Source: Candidatus Latescibacterota bacterium
GTDB lineage: Bacteria; Latescibacterota; UBA2968; GCA-2709665
Direction of reading: 5' to 3'
Assembly (NCBI GenBank): GCA_965219995.1
Contig: CBDCOX010000002.1
Location: 3,392,001 to 3,456,000, forward strand
Length of the DNA: 64,000 nt
Part shown: one piece after another, positions 51,390-61,075 of the stretch
How the letters are laid out: every line of letters starts with the position of its first letter
Numbering within the stretch: position 1 is the first letter of the stretch
Notes under the pieces: model-generated
Database searches by the model: none
Told to the model about the DNA's origin: nothing
Seen by the model: the letters and a program-made list of their open reading frames with translations, nothing else
Translations under genes and position numbers: made by a program

Positions 51390-51679
51390 CCCTAAAGGCG
51401 GTGAGACGTAAGACGGTAGACGGTAGATGACATCGTTGCTCGATTGGTTCTTCTATTTTGCCTCCGGCACAAAATGAAATCGTACGGGGCAAGAAAAACG
51501 GTGAGACGTCAGCCGGTAGACGGTAGATGACGTCTTTGCCCGTTTGGTTTTTTTCCCTTATGCCTGCGGCAAAAAGTAAAACCGGACGCGGCGGACGATC
51601 TCTCCCGTCTTACCTCTAACGTCTCCCCGCCTTTAGGGCACTCACGGTATCTCCCGTCTAACGTCTTACGTCTACCCCG
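51390..51679. repeat. Heptamer-armed modular repeat, locus E (two cores, two right arms)
   Basis: CCCTAAAGGCGGTGAGACG... is inverted to ...CGTCTCCCCGCCTTTAGGG; two tandem cores. Confidence 0.9.
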
Positions 51680-51715
51680 AGGGGTGAGGGGCCAGGGATA
51701 GGTCTGCGATTGTCG

Positions 51716-51913
51716 TCAACCTTCGAGTTGCCGCGCGGAGAAGAGCGCCCACGCCCGTTCGCGCGCGGCGGCCTCATTCTTCGGTTCATTCAACTTGTAC
51801 TCGAACCGGAGCCGCCGCTTTCCCGCCATGACCTCAAAGACGTCGACGAGCCAGAAGTCGCCGTCATATCTGGCATTCAGGATAAACTCGCGTTTCTCGT
51901 GTCGAATAATCAT
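51716..51913 (-). CDS. Hypothetical 65-aa protein
   Basis: MIIRHEKREFILNARYDGDFWLVDVFEV...; GGAG upstream; protein-like composition; co-directional with the upstream dioxygenase. Confidence 0.55.
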   Translation of the reverse strand: MIIRHEKREFILNARYDGDFWLVDVFEVMAGKRRLRFEYKLNEPKNEAAARERAWALFSARQLEG

Positions 51914-51998
51914 AGCCGGCTCCGACTTCGAAGATTCGCGTTCGGCGATATCTCTCAGGCACCGCGGTCCTGCATCGGAAGGGCGCCGCGCCGGGCGG

Positions 51999-52817
51999 CT
52001 ACCAGCGGTCCATGCCAAGCAGCTTTCGCCCGAGCGGCGTCAACCGAGCCGTTTCGCCTTCCAGGTGTTCCTTTTCCTTCCGGTTCTTGCCCAGCCCCGT
52101 AAGGCGTTCACGCCATCCCTCGATGCGGCTCTGTCGATGGGATTCGTCGTCGTCCCTGGCCGGCGTCATCGTGATGTATTGCGCAATGCGCGGCCGTTCG
52201 GCCGAGTTCGGACTGCTCCCATGGGGCAACAGACTGTTCCAGATGACGAGGTCGCCCTCCCGGCCGGCGATCGGCTTCGCCAGATTCCCGAATTCCGCAT
52301 GCATCCGCGTCCTGGGGTCGTCCTCGTCCGACAGCGTCTTAAGCCAGTCCGCAATTCGACGGTGGAAGCCGGGGATGCACGTGAACGCGCCCTGGTTCGC
52401 CGCTGTATCCGACAGATACAGCACCCCCTGTACCATGAAGCGGGAAGGGTCGTCCAGCGAGATATCCCAATGCAGATAGGGTCCCTTGAACGCAAATCCG
52501 GGTCGTTCCGGCGGATTCAGGCTCGTCCTGTCGAAACTCACCCAGAGTTTTTCGGTCCCCCAGATGTCCGCAAACGCGCGGTGGACCCTCGGGTGCTGCC
52601 GGTTGTTCCACAGCGCCTGATTCTGGTACATTTCGACCATGATTCCGGGCCTCGGCGGATCCGGGTACCACGTCTCCGCGTTTTCGGAGTCCATGTCCAG
52701 AAATTCCCACACGGCCTCCTCGGCCGCGCGGCAGTTTGCCTGCGGAACGGCCTCCGGCACCACAACGTATCCGTTCTCCTTCCAGAATTCCAGCGCCCCG
52801 GCGTCGAGAACTGCCAT
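51999..52817 (-). CDS. Phytanoyl-CoA dioxygenase (PhyH) family protein
   Basis: FWKENGYVVV, LHWD, QGVLYLSDT, GAFTCIPGFH, GDLVIWNSLLPHG; GGAGG RBS before the ATG at 52817. Confidence 0.9.
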   Translation of the reverse strand: MAVLDAGALEFWKENGYVVVPEAVPQANCRAAEEAVWEFLDMDSENAETWYPDPPRPGIMVEMYQNQALWNNRQHPRVHRAFADIWGTEKLWVSFDRTSLNPPERPGFAFKGPYLHWDISLDDPSRFMVQGVLYLSDTAANQGAFTCIPGFHRRIADWLKTLSDEDDPRTRMHAEFGNLAKPIAGREGDLVIWNSLLPHGSSPNSAERPRIAQYITMTPARDDDESHRQSRIEGWRERLTGLGKNRKEKEHLEGETARLTPLGRKLLGMDRW

Positions 52818-53165
52818 GTCAACCTCCCTCATCGGATCGGAACGGAATGAAGAATACCACTCGATTTTCAGGTGATAACGCGCGTTCCCGAATATGCTGC
52901 TGGAACGAAACCTGTCAAGTCCTTTCGATTTGCCGTCGGGACTCAGGATGACAATGCGGACGACGATCGGACCGGTGGTCTCCGTAAACTCTTTTTTGTG
53001 TGGATAATATGTCGATCTTGTATATATTTCCTTGTTGGCCCGGGCAGGCCCGTCCAACAGGGTACCGATGCCTCCGAAACGGTTCGAGACACGGGTCCGA
53101 ACCACATTGCCCGCAACGTCGGAAGAGGAGTTGCTGAAGCTGTATTTGTTCCTGGGATTCCATTC

Positions 53166-53603
53166 ATGACGGTCCGGAAAGTCAAATTCATCTCGGGTTT
53201 CGCGGTCATCGTCGCCGGCCTGATTCTCCTGGTCGTTACCAGTTCTCAGAAGATGGCGATGTATTACCTTACTGTTTCCGAGTTGGATGCCCGTGAGACC
53301 GAATTCGCGAATCAGCGCATCAAGCTCGCGGGCAAGGTCACGCCCGGCACCATCCGGAAGCGTCCGGGCCGCATTGTCGAGTTTCAAATCTGGGAACCCC
53401 TGGGCGGAGACGTTTTCTCCGCCAAACGATCGGTGGTATACGCGGGCATCGTGCCGGACACGTTCCGCGACGAAGCCGAAGTGGTCCTGGAAGGCGAAGT
53501 TGGCGCGAACGGCCTCTTTCGCGCCCATACCCTGCTGGCCAAATGCCCCTCTAAATACGAGGGTCAATCATACGAAGACATAAAGAAATCCTATAGCAGG
53601 TAA
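53166..53603 (+). CDS. ccmE: Heme chaperone CcmE, CxxxY variant
   Basis: N-terminal TM, YYLTVSE, YAGIVPDTFRD, VVLEG, LLAKCPSKY. Confidence 0.92.
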   Translation: MTVRKVKFISGFAVIVAGLILLVVTSSQKMAMYYLTVSELDARETEFANQRIKLAGKVTPGTIRKRPGRIVEFQIWEPLGGDVFSAKRSVVYAGIVPDTFRDEAEVVLEGEVGANGLFRAHTLLAKCPSKYEGQSYEDIKKSYSR

Positions 53604-53708
53604 CGTCCATCCAGTGTTCTGACCCGCTGAAAGATCCTCGAATGGCAGCACATCTCCTCAACAGGAAACCGGGAAAGCCCGGTCATCCGATGAACCGCGG
53701 CTCTAGCA

Positions 53709-55691
53709 ATGGCTGAAATCGGCAATTTTCTCATCTGGTTCTCGGTGGTCACCTCCCTTTACGCGGCGGTGTCCGGTGTTCTGGCCGGTCGGACCGGCAG
53801 GCTGAATCTCACGCTCAGCACGGAACGCGCGGTCGCCGCCACTTTCGTTATGGTTCTGGGGGCCTTCGGCCTGCTCGAGTACTTTTTCCTCAACGACCGT
53901 TTCGACCTCCACTACGTGGCCGGCCATTCCAGCCGCGACCTGCCGACTCCCTATAAATTCACCGCCGTATGGTCGGGCATGGAGGGCTCGCTCCTCCTCT
54001 GGGCCTTCATTCTGGCCGGTTTCAATTTCTTCGCCACTCGAAATACCCGGAGGTTCCGCGGGCCGCTGGCCTCCTACGCGACCGTTGTGATGTCGCTCAC
54101 CCAGGTCTTCTTCCTGGTGCTGATCGGATATTGGGAGAATCCCTTCCGCGAACTCGGCTTCAAGGCCCCGGACGGGCAGGGCATGAATCCGCTGCTGGTC
54201 CATCCGGCCATGGCCATTCACCCTCCCATGCTGTATCTCGGCTACGTGGGATTCATCGTACCGTATGCGTTTGCAATGGCCGCGCTCCTGAGCCGGCAGG
54301 TGGACGAAGAGTGGATCCGCACCACCCGCCGCTGGACCATCTGGCCGTGGTTCTTCCTTGGCACAGGGCAACTGTTGGGCGGCAACTGGGCCTACGTGGT
54401 CCTCGGATGGGGCGGGTACTGGGGTTGGGACCCGGTTGAGAACGCCGCACTGCTTCCCTGGCTCACGGGCACCGCGTTCCTGCATTCGGTCATGATCCAG
54501 GAAAAGAAGGGGATGCTCAAAGTCTGGAACATGGCGCTCATCATCCTCACCTTTACGCTGTGCATCTATGGCACCTTCCTGACTCGAAGCGGCCTGGTTT
54601 CCTCCGTGCATGCGTTCGCCCAGTCGCCGATCGGCAGCGTGTTCCTCTATTTCCTTGCAGTCATCGTGGTCTTTTCCGCCGGCCTCCTGTGGCGGCGGCG
54701 GCCATTGCTCACGAGCAGGAACGAGTACGAATCTCCCGTCTCCCGGGAAGGGGGCTTCCTGCTCAACAATCTCCTGTTTCTTACGGCCACCTTTGCAGTG
54801 TTCTGGGGCGTTATGTTCCCGGTGCTTTCGGAAGCCGTCACCGGGACGAAGGTCACCGTGGGCCCGCCTTTTTTCAGCACCGTAATGACCCCCATAGGCC
54901 TTCTTCTTCTTCTTCTGACGGGCGTGGGCCCGCTGCTGGCCTGGCGCAAGACGTCGGCGCGCAGCCTGAAAAAGCACTTCGCGGGACCGGGCATCTTCGG
55001 TCTCCTCGGCGGGGCTGCAGCATTCGCCCTCGGGGCGCGCGAACCGTACGCGTTGATCTCCTTTACGCTGTGCGGATTCGTGACGGGCGCCATCGCCAGC
55101 GAGTTTCACAGAGGCGCGAAGGCGCGGGGAAGCAGTTCAAACGAGCCGTATTTCAGGGCGCTCTGGTCTCTCACCGTGCGAAACCGCCGGCGTTACGGCG
55201 GTTATATCGTCCACTTCGGCGTTGTGCTCCTCTTCTTCGGGTTCACCGGCAATGCCTTCAACCGGGAAATCGAGGCGGGGCTGAAGCACGGCGAGTCCGC
55301 GACCATCGGCACATACCGTCTCGTCTACGAAGGCAGTTCCCAGAGCCGGAATCCGCTCACCATCGTGATCCAGACCCAGCTTGGCGTGTACCAGGGCGAC
55401 CGGCGTCTGGGGACGATGTGGCCGGAGCAGCACGTTTACTACAAACGAAAGGACCAGCAGCGAACAACGGAGGTCGCCGTCCGTTCCAGCCTGCGTGAAG
55501 ACCTGTACGTCTTATATGAGGGGCGGGATCCGGACGGCGCCGCCCTTTTCAGAATCTACGTCAACCCCCTCGTAATGTGGGTCTGGATCGGCGCGTGGGT
55601 TCTCACCCTGGGGACGGTAATCGCCATCCTGCCCGACCGGCGTGAGCGCCTCAGACGCGGACGAAGGGTTGGACTTCCCGCCGCTTCCTGA
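53709..55691 (+). CDS. ccmF: Cytochrome c biogenesis heme lyase CcmF
   Basis: WSGMEGSLLLW, GMNPLL.HP...HPPMLYLGY, WAY..LGWGGYWGWDPVENA, TRSG...SVHAF. Confidence 0.96.
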   Translation: MAEIGNFLIWFSVVTSLYAAVSGVLAGRTGRLNLTLSTERAVAATFVMVLGAFGLLEYFFLNDRFDLHYVAGHSSRDLPTPYKFTAVWSGMEGSLLLWAFILAGFNFFATRNTRRFRGPLASYATVVMSLTQVFFLVLIGYWENPFRELGFKAPDGQGMNPLLVHPAMAIHPPMLYLGYVGFIVPYAFAMAALLSRQVDEEWIRTTRRWTIWPWFFLGTGQLLGGNWAYVVLGWGGYWGWDPVENAALLPWLTGTAFLHSVMIQEKKGMLKVWNMALIILTFTLCIYGTFLTRSGLVSSVHAFAQSPIGSVFLYFLAVIVVFSAGLLWRRRPLLTSRNEYESPVSREGGFLLNNLLFLTATFAVFWGVMFPVLSEAVTGTKVTVGPPFFSTVMTPIGLLLLLLTGVGPLLAWRKTSARSLKKHFAGPGIFGLLGGAAAFALGAREPYALISFTLCGFVTGAIASEFHRGAKARGSSSNEPYFRALWSLTVRNRRRYGGYIVHFGVVLLFFGFTGNAFNREIEAGLKHGESATIGTYRLVYEGSSQSRNPLTIVIQTQLGVYQGDRRLGTMWPEQHVYYKRKDQQRTTEVAVRSSLREDLYVLYEGRDPDGAALFRIYVNPLVMWVWIGAWVLTLGTVIAILPDRRERLRRGRRVGLPAAS

Positions 55692-55753
55692 AAGGTTACG
55701 GTCTGAAAGGCAAAAGACGGACAACCGAGTTTGGAATTCGGAGGAAAACCCGC

Positions 55754-56248
55754 GTGGTGTTTCCCATGTCTTCCGGTTTTTCGATGAGGATGATCTTCCC
55801 GGCACTTCTGCTGCTCTCGGTTGCAGGTTCCGTATCCGCCGAGGTGACGCAGAAACAGGTGAGAGCCGTGGCAAGAGGCCTCGCCTGTCTTTGCGGCGAC
55901 TGCCCTCGCCGTCCACTGGACGAATGCTCCTGCGGCTGGGCGGATCGAAACAGAGCACGAATTGCCGAAGCGCTGGAAGCCGGGCAGGACAAAGAGGCCA
56001 TCGTTGCCGGCTTTGTGGCGGAATTCGGCCAGGAAGTTTTCGTCACGCCCCCGGCCGAGGGCTTCAATCTCTCTGCCTGGATCATGCCCATTGTGGCGCT
56101 GCTGCTCGGCGCTGTCGTGTTGGGGGCCGTGCTGCGCAACTGGTCGCGGCATCGTGCAGCTCCCGCGGAAGGACGGACCCCGGAAATCGAGGCCGACGAT
56201 ATATACAGATCGAGGCTGGAGCAGGAACTCCGGGAGCGGGAACTGTGA
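55754..56248 (+). CDS. ccmH: CcmH-like protein (Cys-rich variant)
   Basis: Signal peptide, LACLCGDC...DECSC, G..KEAIVAGFVAEFGQEV...PP, then a TM helix; directly follows ccmF. Confidence 0.75.
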   Translation: MVFPMSSGFSMRMIFPALLLLSVAGSVSAEVTQKQVRAVARGLACLCGDCPRRPLDECSCGWADRNRARIAEALEAGQDKEAIVAGFVAEFGQEVFVTPPAEGFNLSAWIMPIVALLLGAVVLGAVLRNWSRHRAAPAEGRTPEIEADDIYRSRLEQELREREL

Positions 56249-56673
56249 GCATCGGGGCCTGCATTGTCATTGTCACGTCCGTCTTCATCTTTGTGTTCCG
56301 CCCGTTCATGACCGCGCGTGGTCGGGTCGGACAGACGGATGCGGGATCCGGTCGCGGAAACCGGCTCGTTGAAGACAGAGAGGCCCTGTATGATGCCATC
56401 CGCGAACTGGACTTCGACCATCGCATGGGAAAGGTGGAAGAAGACGACTATCGCGCGACCCGTTCACGCTATGAGAGCCGGGCGGTTGAACTGATAAAGG
56501 CTATCGAAGAAACCGCCGCGCCAGCGCAGGGAATCGAGGACCGCATCGAACGGGAAATCGCCGCCCTCAGACAAAAGGACACCACCACGTGCGCCGGGTG
56601 CGGAAGCACGACGCCCGCGGGCGCCCGCTTTTGTCCGCAATGCGGCAAAGCCCTCGCGGAATCTCGTCTATGA
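56245..56673 (+). CDS. CcmI-N-terminal-like membrane protein with a C-terminal zinc ribbon
   Basis: GTG start overlapping the ccmH stop; TM, REALYDAIRELDFDHRMGKVEEDDY, CAGCG...FCPQCG. Confidence 0.75.
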   Translation: MSIGACIVIVTSVFIFVFRPFMTARGRVGQTDAGSGRGNRLVEDREALYDAIRELDFDHRMGKVEEDDYRATRSRYESRAVELIKAIEETAAPAQGIEDRIEREIAALRQKDTTTCAGCGSTTPAGARFCPQCGKALAESRL

Positions 56674-57764
56674 ACAGACGATTCTACTGTCTCGTCCTTC
56701 TGCTGGCCGGGTTCTCTGACGCATCCTCCGCCGCAGGCCTGGTCGATGGTCACGTCACCAATGAGACGCTCTCCGCGCCCCAGCGGGGATGCGTGGTCTC
56801 GCTGATCCGCCAGACCGCCGAACCCGAAATCGTCCTTCAGGACACCACCGATGAAAAGGGGCGATTCTCATTCAGGGACGCAGGCGGCGATGACGCGCTG
56901 TGGTTTCTTTCTGCGGCTTATGCGGGCGTCAATTACGTCCAGCGGCTCGAGGACGGCCCCAACGAAATCGCCGTCTACGAAACCACAGATTCTGACACGG
57001 CCGTCTCCGTTGTCTCCCACCATATCATCGTGGACGCGGCCGAAAAGCGGGTCGAGCAGATCCTGATCGTGCAGAATGCGGGCGACCGCACGTTCAGGAC
57101 CGGCGAGGGGCATGGGCACGGACTGGAGGTCTTCCTGCCCGAAGGCGTAACCGAAGTGAGGGAAGGGCCGCAGGGTCTTCACACGCACGGCGACACACTC
57201 GTAAATCCGGACCCTGTTCGACCGGGTCACAGCCAGCTTCTGTTTGCCTTTGACATGCCCGCTTCCGGGCGCCTGTCGCAAACGGTGAGCTATCCCACCG
57301 GTACCGTGGACGTCTTCGTGACGCCACCCGAAGCGGACGTCAGTACAGGCGCGCTTCAGGATAGAGGCGAGGCCGCGTTCGAGCAACACAGCTTTCGAAG
57401 GTTCTCCGGCGCCGGCTTCAACAGGGGCGACCGGATCGATCTGGAAGTCAACGCCTCGCCATGGTCCCTTTCGTCCTTCATGGGGGATATCGACCTCGAA
57501 TGGGTGCTGCTCGGTCTGGCGTTTGCCTTTGCGCTGCTCGCCGTCTTCGTTCGACCGTCCAGGAAGCACGGGCCTCCCGAGTCAACGCAAACCAGGGGCG
57601 TGCCGGACCTCCTCGCGCGAAGAAATGCCCTGGTTCACCAGATCGCGGACATGGACGACAGATACGAAATGGGCCGACTATCGGAAGAAGACTATCGCGT
57701 ACGGCGAGATGCCTTTAAGGCGGAGCTTGTCGAAATGACCCGCGTCCTGGAAGGGAAGGCGTAG
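56670..57764 (+). CDS. Exported beta-rich membrane-anchored protein in the ccm operon
   Basis: Signal peptide, G.VTN.T...TTDEKGRFSF (carboxypeptidase-regulatory-like), C-terminal TM and IADMDDRYEMGRLSEEDY tail; ATGA overlap with the previous gene. Confidence 0.7.
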   Translation: MNRRFYCLVLLLAGFSDASSAAGLVDGHVTNETLSAPQRGCVVSLIRQTAEPEIVLQDTTDEKGRFSFRDAGGDDALWFLSAAYAGVNYVQRLEDGPNEIAVYETTDSDTAVSVVSHHIIVDAAEKRVEQILIVQNAGDRTFRTGEGHGHGLEVFLPEGVTEVREGPQGLHTHGDTLVNPDPVRPGHSQLLFAFDMPASGRLSQTVSYPTGTVDVFVTPPEADVSTGALQDRGEAAFEQHSFRRFSGAGFNRGDRIDLEVNASPWSLSSFMGDIDLEWVLLGLAFAFALLAVFVRPSRKHGPPESTQTRGVPDLLARRNALVHQIADMDDRYEMGRLSEEDYRVRRDAFKAELVEMTRVLEGKA

Positions 57765-57769
57765 GCGTT

Positions 57770-58510
57770 GTGGCCCCGTCCGCTCCGGCCATCGTTCTCG
57801 AAACCGTGGAAAAACGGTTCGGCCGCCGAACCGCCCTGGACGGCATCGACCTCAATCTTCCAGGCGGCGCCCTTGCGCTTCTGGGCCCGAACGGAGCGGG
57901 TAAGACGACTCTGCTTCGGGTTGTCGCGACCCTTTCCAGGCCTACGCGCGGGCGGGTCTTCATCCGGGGCAGAGACGCCCGCAAGGAACCGGAACGCGTG
58001 CGGGCCGACGTCGGCCTGATTTCCCACCAGACTTTTCTCTACGAGGATCTGACCGCTCGCGAAAACCTGCGCTTCTACGGCCGTCTGTACGGCCTGCGCG
58101 GCCTCAAGGAACGGGTGCGGACGGCGCTGGAGGACGTTGGCCTTTCCGGCAGGGAGGACGACCGGGTCCGCGGGTTCTCCAGGGGGATGAAACAGCGCCT
58201 CGCCATTGCCCGGGCAACGCTCCACCATCCCGCGATTCTTCTTCTCGACGAGCCGTTCGCGGGCCTGGATACCTCCGCGTGCGCCATGTTGAGCGACCGG
58301 CTGCAACACCATCGCCGGGAGGGGCGAACGGTCATCCTGGTGACCCATGATCTGCATCGGGGTCTTGATCTCACGGATCGTTTCGCAATCCTGAACCGGG
58401 GCCGGTTCGTGGCGAAGGGAGAAACCCGGGGACTTTCCCCCGAGGCGATGGAACGTCGTTATGAAGGCGCTATAAACCAGCATCCTTCCGCAATCGGGAC
58501 GTCAGGATAG
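57770..58510 (+). CDS. ccmA: Heme ABC exporter ATP-binding protein CcmA
   Basis: GPNGAGKTT, FSRGMKQR, LLLDEP; ccm context. Confidence 0.9.
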   Translation: MAPSAPAIVLETVEKRFGRRTALDGIDLNLPGGALALLGPNGAGKTTLLRVVATLSRPTRGRVFIRGRDARKEPERVRADVGLISHQTFLYEDLTARENLRFYGRLYGLRGLKERVRTALEDVGLSGREDDRVRGFSRGMKQRLAIARATLHHPAILLLDEPFAGLDTSACAMLSDRLQHHRREGRTVILVTHDLHRGLDLTDRFAILNRGRFVAKGETRGLSPEAMERRYEGAINQHPSAIGTSG

Positions 58511-59251
58511 GTGCGGACCGCCACACCGCCCACGTCTGAAGTCCGGTGCAACGCGGGAACGGGGGTATCCCTGGCTCTCTTCTTCCGTCAGGTTTCCGCT
58601 GTTTTCTGGAAAGATCTCAAGACCGAGTTTCGCACCAGAGAGCGACTCAGCGCCATGTGTTTCTTTGCGTTTCTGGTGCTTCTTGTCTTTAATTTCGTGT
58701 TCACACCCGATTCCGAAACCATCAGAAACGCGGCGCCAGGCATCTTCTGGGTCGCTGTAACGTTTTCCGGATTCATGGTGCTGACGCGTTCCTTTATTTC
58801 GGAACGCGAAAACGACTGCCTGACGGGCCTTCTGCTTTCTCCGGCCGATCCAGGGGCGATCTACCTTGGCAAGATGCTTTCGAACCTCTGCGCCATGCTT
58901 TTGCTCGAGGCCCTGGCTCTTCCGCTTATGGCTGTCTTTCTGAATATCGACGTATGGCAGCACCTGCCGCGCCTGCTTCCAGGTCTCCTTCTGGGAACCC
59001 TCGGATTCGCCGCGGTGGGCACCCTCTTCGCAGCGATGTCCCTCAAGACCCGGCTCCAGGAGGCCCTGCTGCCAATGCTTACCCTTCCCGTTCTGGTTCC
59101 GGCCCTCCTGGCGGCCGTTGAATCTTTCCGGCGGGTGCTGGCGGGTGACTCCCTCTCCGAAATCTCCGGCTGGACCAACATCGGCGCCGCTTTCGCGTTG
59201 CTGTTCGTGGCGGCCTGCGTGCTTTTGTTCGACTATGTCGTCGAGGAGTGA
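58511..59251 (+). CDS. ccmB: Heme exporter protein CcmB
   Basis: WKDLKTEFRTRE, APGIFWV, ERENDCLTGLLLSP, IYLGK, LLPMLTLPVLVP; true start may be downstream. Confidence 0.9.
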   Translation: MRTATPPTSEVRCNAGTGVSLALFFRQVSAVFWKDLKTEFRTRERLSAMCFFAFLVLLVFNFVFTPDSETIRNAAPGIFWVAVTFSGFMVLTRSFISERENDCLTGLLLSPADPGAIYLGKMLSNLCAMLLLEALALPLMAVFLNIDVWQHLPRLLPGLLLGTLGFAAVGTLFAAMSLKTRLQEALLPMLTLPVLVPALLAAVESFRRVLAGDSLSEISGWTNIGAAFALLFVAACVLLFDYVVEE

Positions 59252-59252
59252 T

Positions 59253-59951
59253 ATGGGGAAGCGACTTTACCTCTGGTCCCGTATCCTGGGCGCGCTGGCG
59301 CTGACCGGTATGTTGATTGCGCCCTGGCTCGCCCTCGTGTACGCGAGTATGGAGAGGCAGATGGGCCTCGCCCAGAAGATCTTCTACTTTCACGTGCCGT
59401 CGGCTTTCGCAATGTACACCGCCTTCTTTCTCGTCTTCGTGTTCAGCATCCTGTACCTCGTTCGCAAGGAAAAGCGGTGGGACATCTGCGCAGCCTGCTC
59501 CGCGGAAGTCGGCCTTCTCTTCTGCACGCTCGTGTTACTCACCGGCCCCATCTGGGCGAAGCCCGTCTGGGGCGCCTGGTGGGTGTGGGACGCACAGTTG
59601 ACCCTTACCCTGGTCCTCTGGCTGATATTCGTCGCCTACATGATGTTGAAGAGCTACAGCGAAGATCCGCTTCAGAGTGCCCGATTCCGGGCGGTTCTGG
59701 GGATCATCGGCTTTCTCGATGCTCCGCTGATTCATTACTCCACGCGGCTGTGGCGCACCCAGCATCCCGAGGTTGTAAGGGCGGATGAAGTCGGCCTCCC
59801 GCCCGACATGCTGGCGGCGTTCGTCTTCTGCTGTGCCGTATTCATCGTGCTAGCCGCAGCCATTCTGACCAGACGCGTCTCGCTCGAACTTGCCAGGGAC
59901 GAGCTCGAGTCGCTCAAGGTCCGATTCCGCGTGTTGGAAACGCAGGTGTAG
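59253..59951 (+). CDS. ccmC: Heme exporter protein CcmC
   Basis: QKIFYFHVP, TGPIWAKPVWGAWWVWD (WWD motif), WRTQHP. Confidence 0.93.
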   Translation: MGKRLYLWSRILGALALTGMLIAPWLALVYASMERQMGLAQKIFYFHVPSAFAMYTAFFLVFVFSILYLVRKEKRWDICAACSAEVGLLFCTLVLLTGPIWAKPVWGAWWVWDAQLTLTLVLWLIFVAYMMLKSYSEDPLQSARFRAVLGIIGFLDAPLIHYSTRLWRTQHPEVVRADEVGLPPDMLAAFVFCCAVFIVLAAAILTRRVSLELARDELESLKVRFRVLETQV

Positions 59952-59993
59952 CGGACCCCGGGCTGACCTGCCGCGTTTTATCGGAGGACTTCA

Positions 59994-60164
59994 ATGCAAC
60001 ACCTCGGTTACATGGCCGCCGCATACGCCATCCTATGGGCGGCGATTCTTATCTATTTCCTGGGCCTCGGCCGCCGCGAACGCGAGATATGGCGCGAAAT
60101 CCAGGAACTGCGCGAATCCATCGGCAGACGGGACGCCGGGGTCGATTCGGGCGAACACCAATAG
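59994..60164 (+). CDS. ccmD: CcmD-like small membrane protein (56 aa)
   Basis: Manual translation MQHLGYMAAAYAILWAAILIYFLGLGRREREIWREIQELRE...; GGAGG RBS; follows ccmC; absent from the ORF track. Confidence 0.85.
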   Translation: MQHLGYMAAAYAILWAAILIYFLGLGRREREIWREIQELRESIGRRDAGVDSGEHQ

Positions 60165-60210
60165 ACGGCAGGTCGGTCCGAAGCCCTTCCGGCGCCGTCA
60201 TAGGAACCCT

Positions 60211-60987
60211 ATGGCCGTAAAGAACGCCCGCAAGGTCCTCGCGCTTATCAGGAACCGAAAGGCGCGGGAACGCGAACGTCAGTTCGTGATCGAAGGCGTC
60301 CGCCTTGTCGATGAAGCACTAATGTCGGACGCGCCGGTCGAGCAGCTCATCTTCGACCGGGACGCCCTGGAGGCCGACCCGCGCCTGCAGCAGTTTCACC
60401 GCGAGGCGGAAAGCCGGAAGTTGACCGTCCAGCAGACAGACCGCCGCGCGATCAGAAATATGGGCGAACATCAGAATCCCGAAGGCGTGCTGGGCGTGGT
60501 TCGATTTCAGGAGCGAAACAGGGGTCGCCTGCTCGACGCGAGCGGTCCTCTCCTTCTCTTCGACCGGCTGCGAGACCCCAACAACCTCGGTCTGGTTCTC
60601 CGCACGGCCGAGGCCGCGGGCGTTGCCGCCGTCTTCCTTTCGCCCGGTTCCGTGGAACTCTATAATTCCAAAGTGGTGCGCGCTTCCCGCGGGTCCATTT
60701 TTCGCCTTCCCGTCTTTCGAAACGAAGACCTCCGCAAGCTGATCGGGGACCTGCGGCAGCGCGGCGTCCGCGTTATCTCCACCGAGCTTGGCGGTACGCC
60801 ATTCTACGACACCAGACCGAGCGGCCGTATCGCCTTTCTGTTCGGCAACGAGACGTCCGGCGTCGACCCGGACCTCCAGGGCCGCGTTCACGAGACCGTC
60901 TCCATACCCACGGCTGAGGGTGTGAATTCCCTCAACGTGGCCGTCGCCGCGGGCATTCTGCTGTTCAGGCACCGCGAGCCCACCTGA
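60211..60987 (+). CDS. TrmH/SpoU family RNA methyltransferase
   Basis: FVIEGVRLVDEAL, DPNNLGLVLRTA, FGNETSGV, NSLNVAVAAGI. Confidence 0.92.
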   Translation: MAVKNARKVLALIRNRKARERERQFVIEGVRLVDEALMSDAPVEQLIFDRDALEADPRLQQFHREAESRKLTVQQTDRRAIRNMGEHQNPEGVLGVVRFQERNRGRLLDASGPLLLFDRLRDPNNLGLVLRTAEAAGVAAVFLSPGSVELYNSKVVRASRGSIFRLPVFRNEDLRKLIGDLRQRGVRVISTELGGTPFYDTRPSGRIAFLFGNETSGVDPDLQGRVHETVSIPTAEGVNSLNVAVAAGILLFRHREPT

Positions 60988-60990
60988 CAC

Positions 60991-61027
60991 AAGAAGCGCC
61001 CGGCGGATGTTCCACCGGGCGCTTCTT
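60991..61027. terminator. Hairpin between convergent genes (probable bidirectional terminator)
   Basis: AAGAAGCGCCCGG...CCGGGCGCTTCTT. Confidence 0.6.
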
Positions 61028-61075
61028 CCGCGTCATCCATCCTCACCAGGAAGAGGGACGACCGGGGGCGACTCA

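Noticed and set aside
52818-53567. N-terminal 250 aa of the 522-aa ORF 51999-53567
   Set aside because: It overlaps ccmE on the opposite strand; the dioxygenase has its own RBS and ATG at 52817
58508-58513. ccmA TAG directly in frame with ccmB as another readthrough case
   Set aside because: A GTG start immediately follows the stop, so ordinary translational coupling explains it
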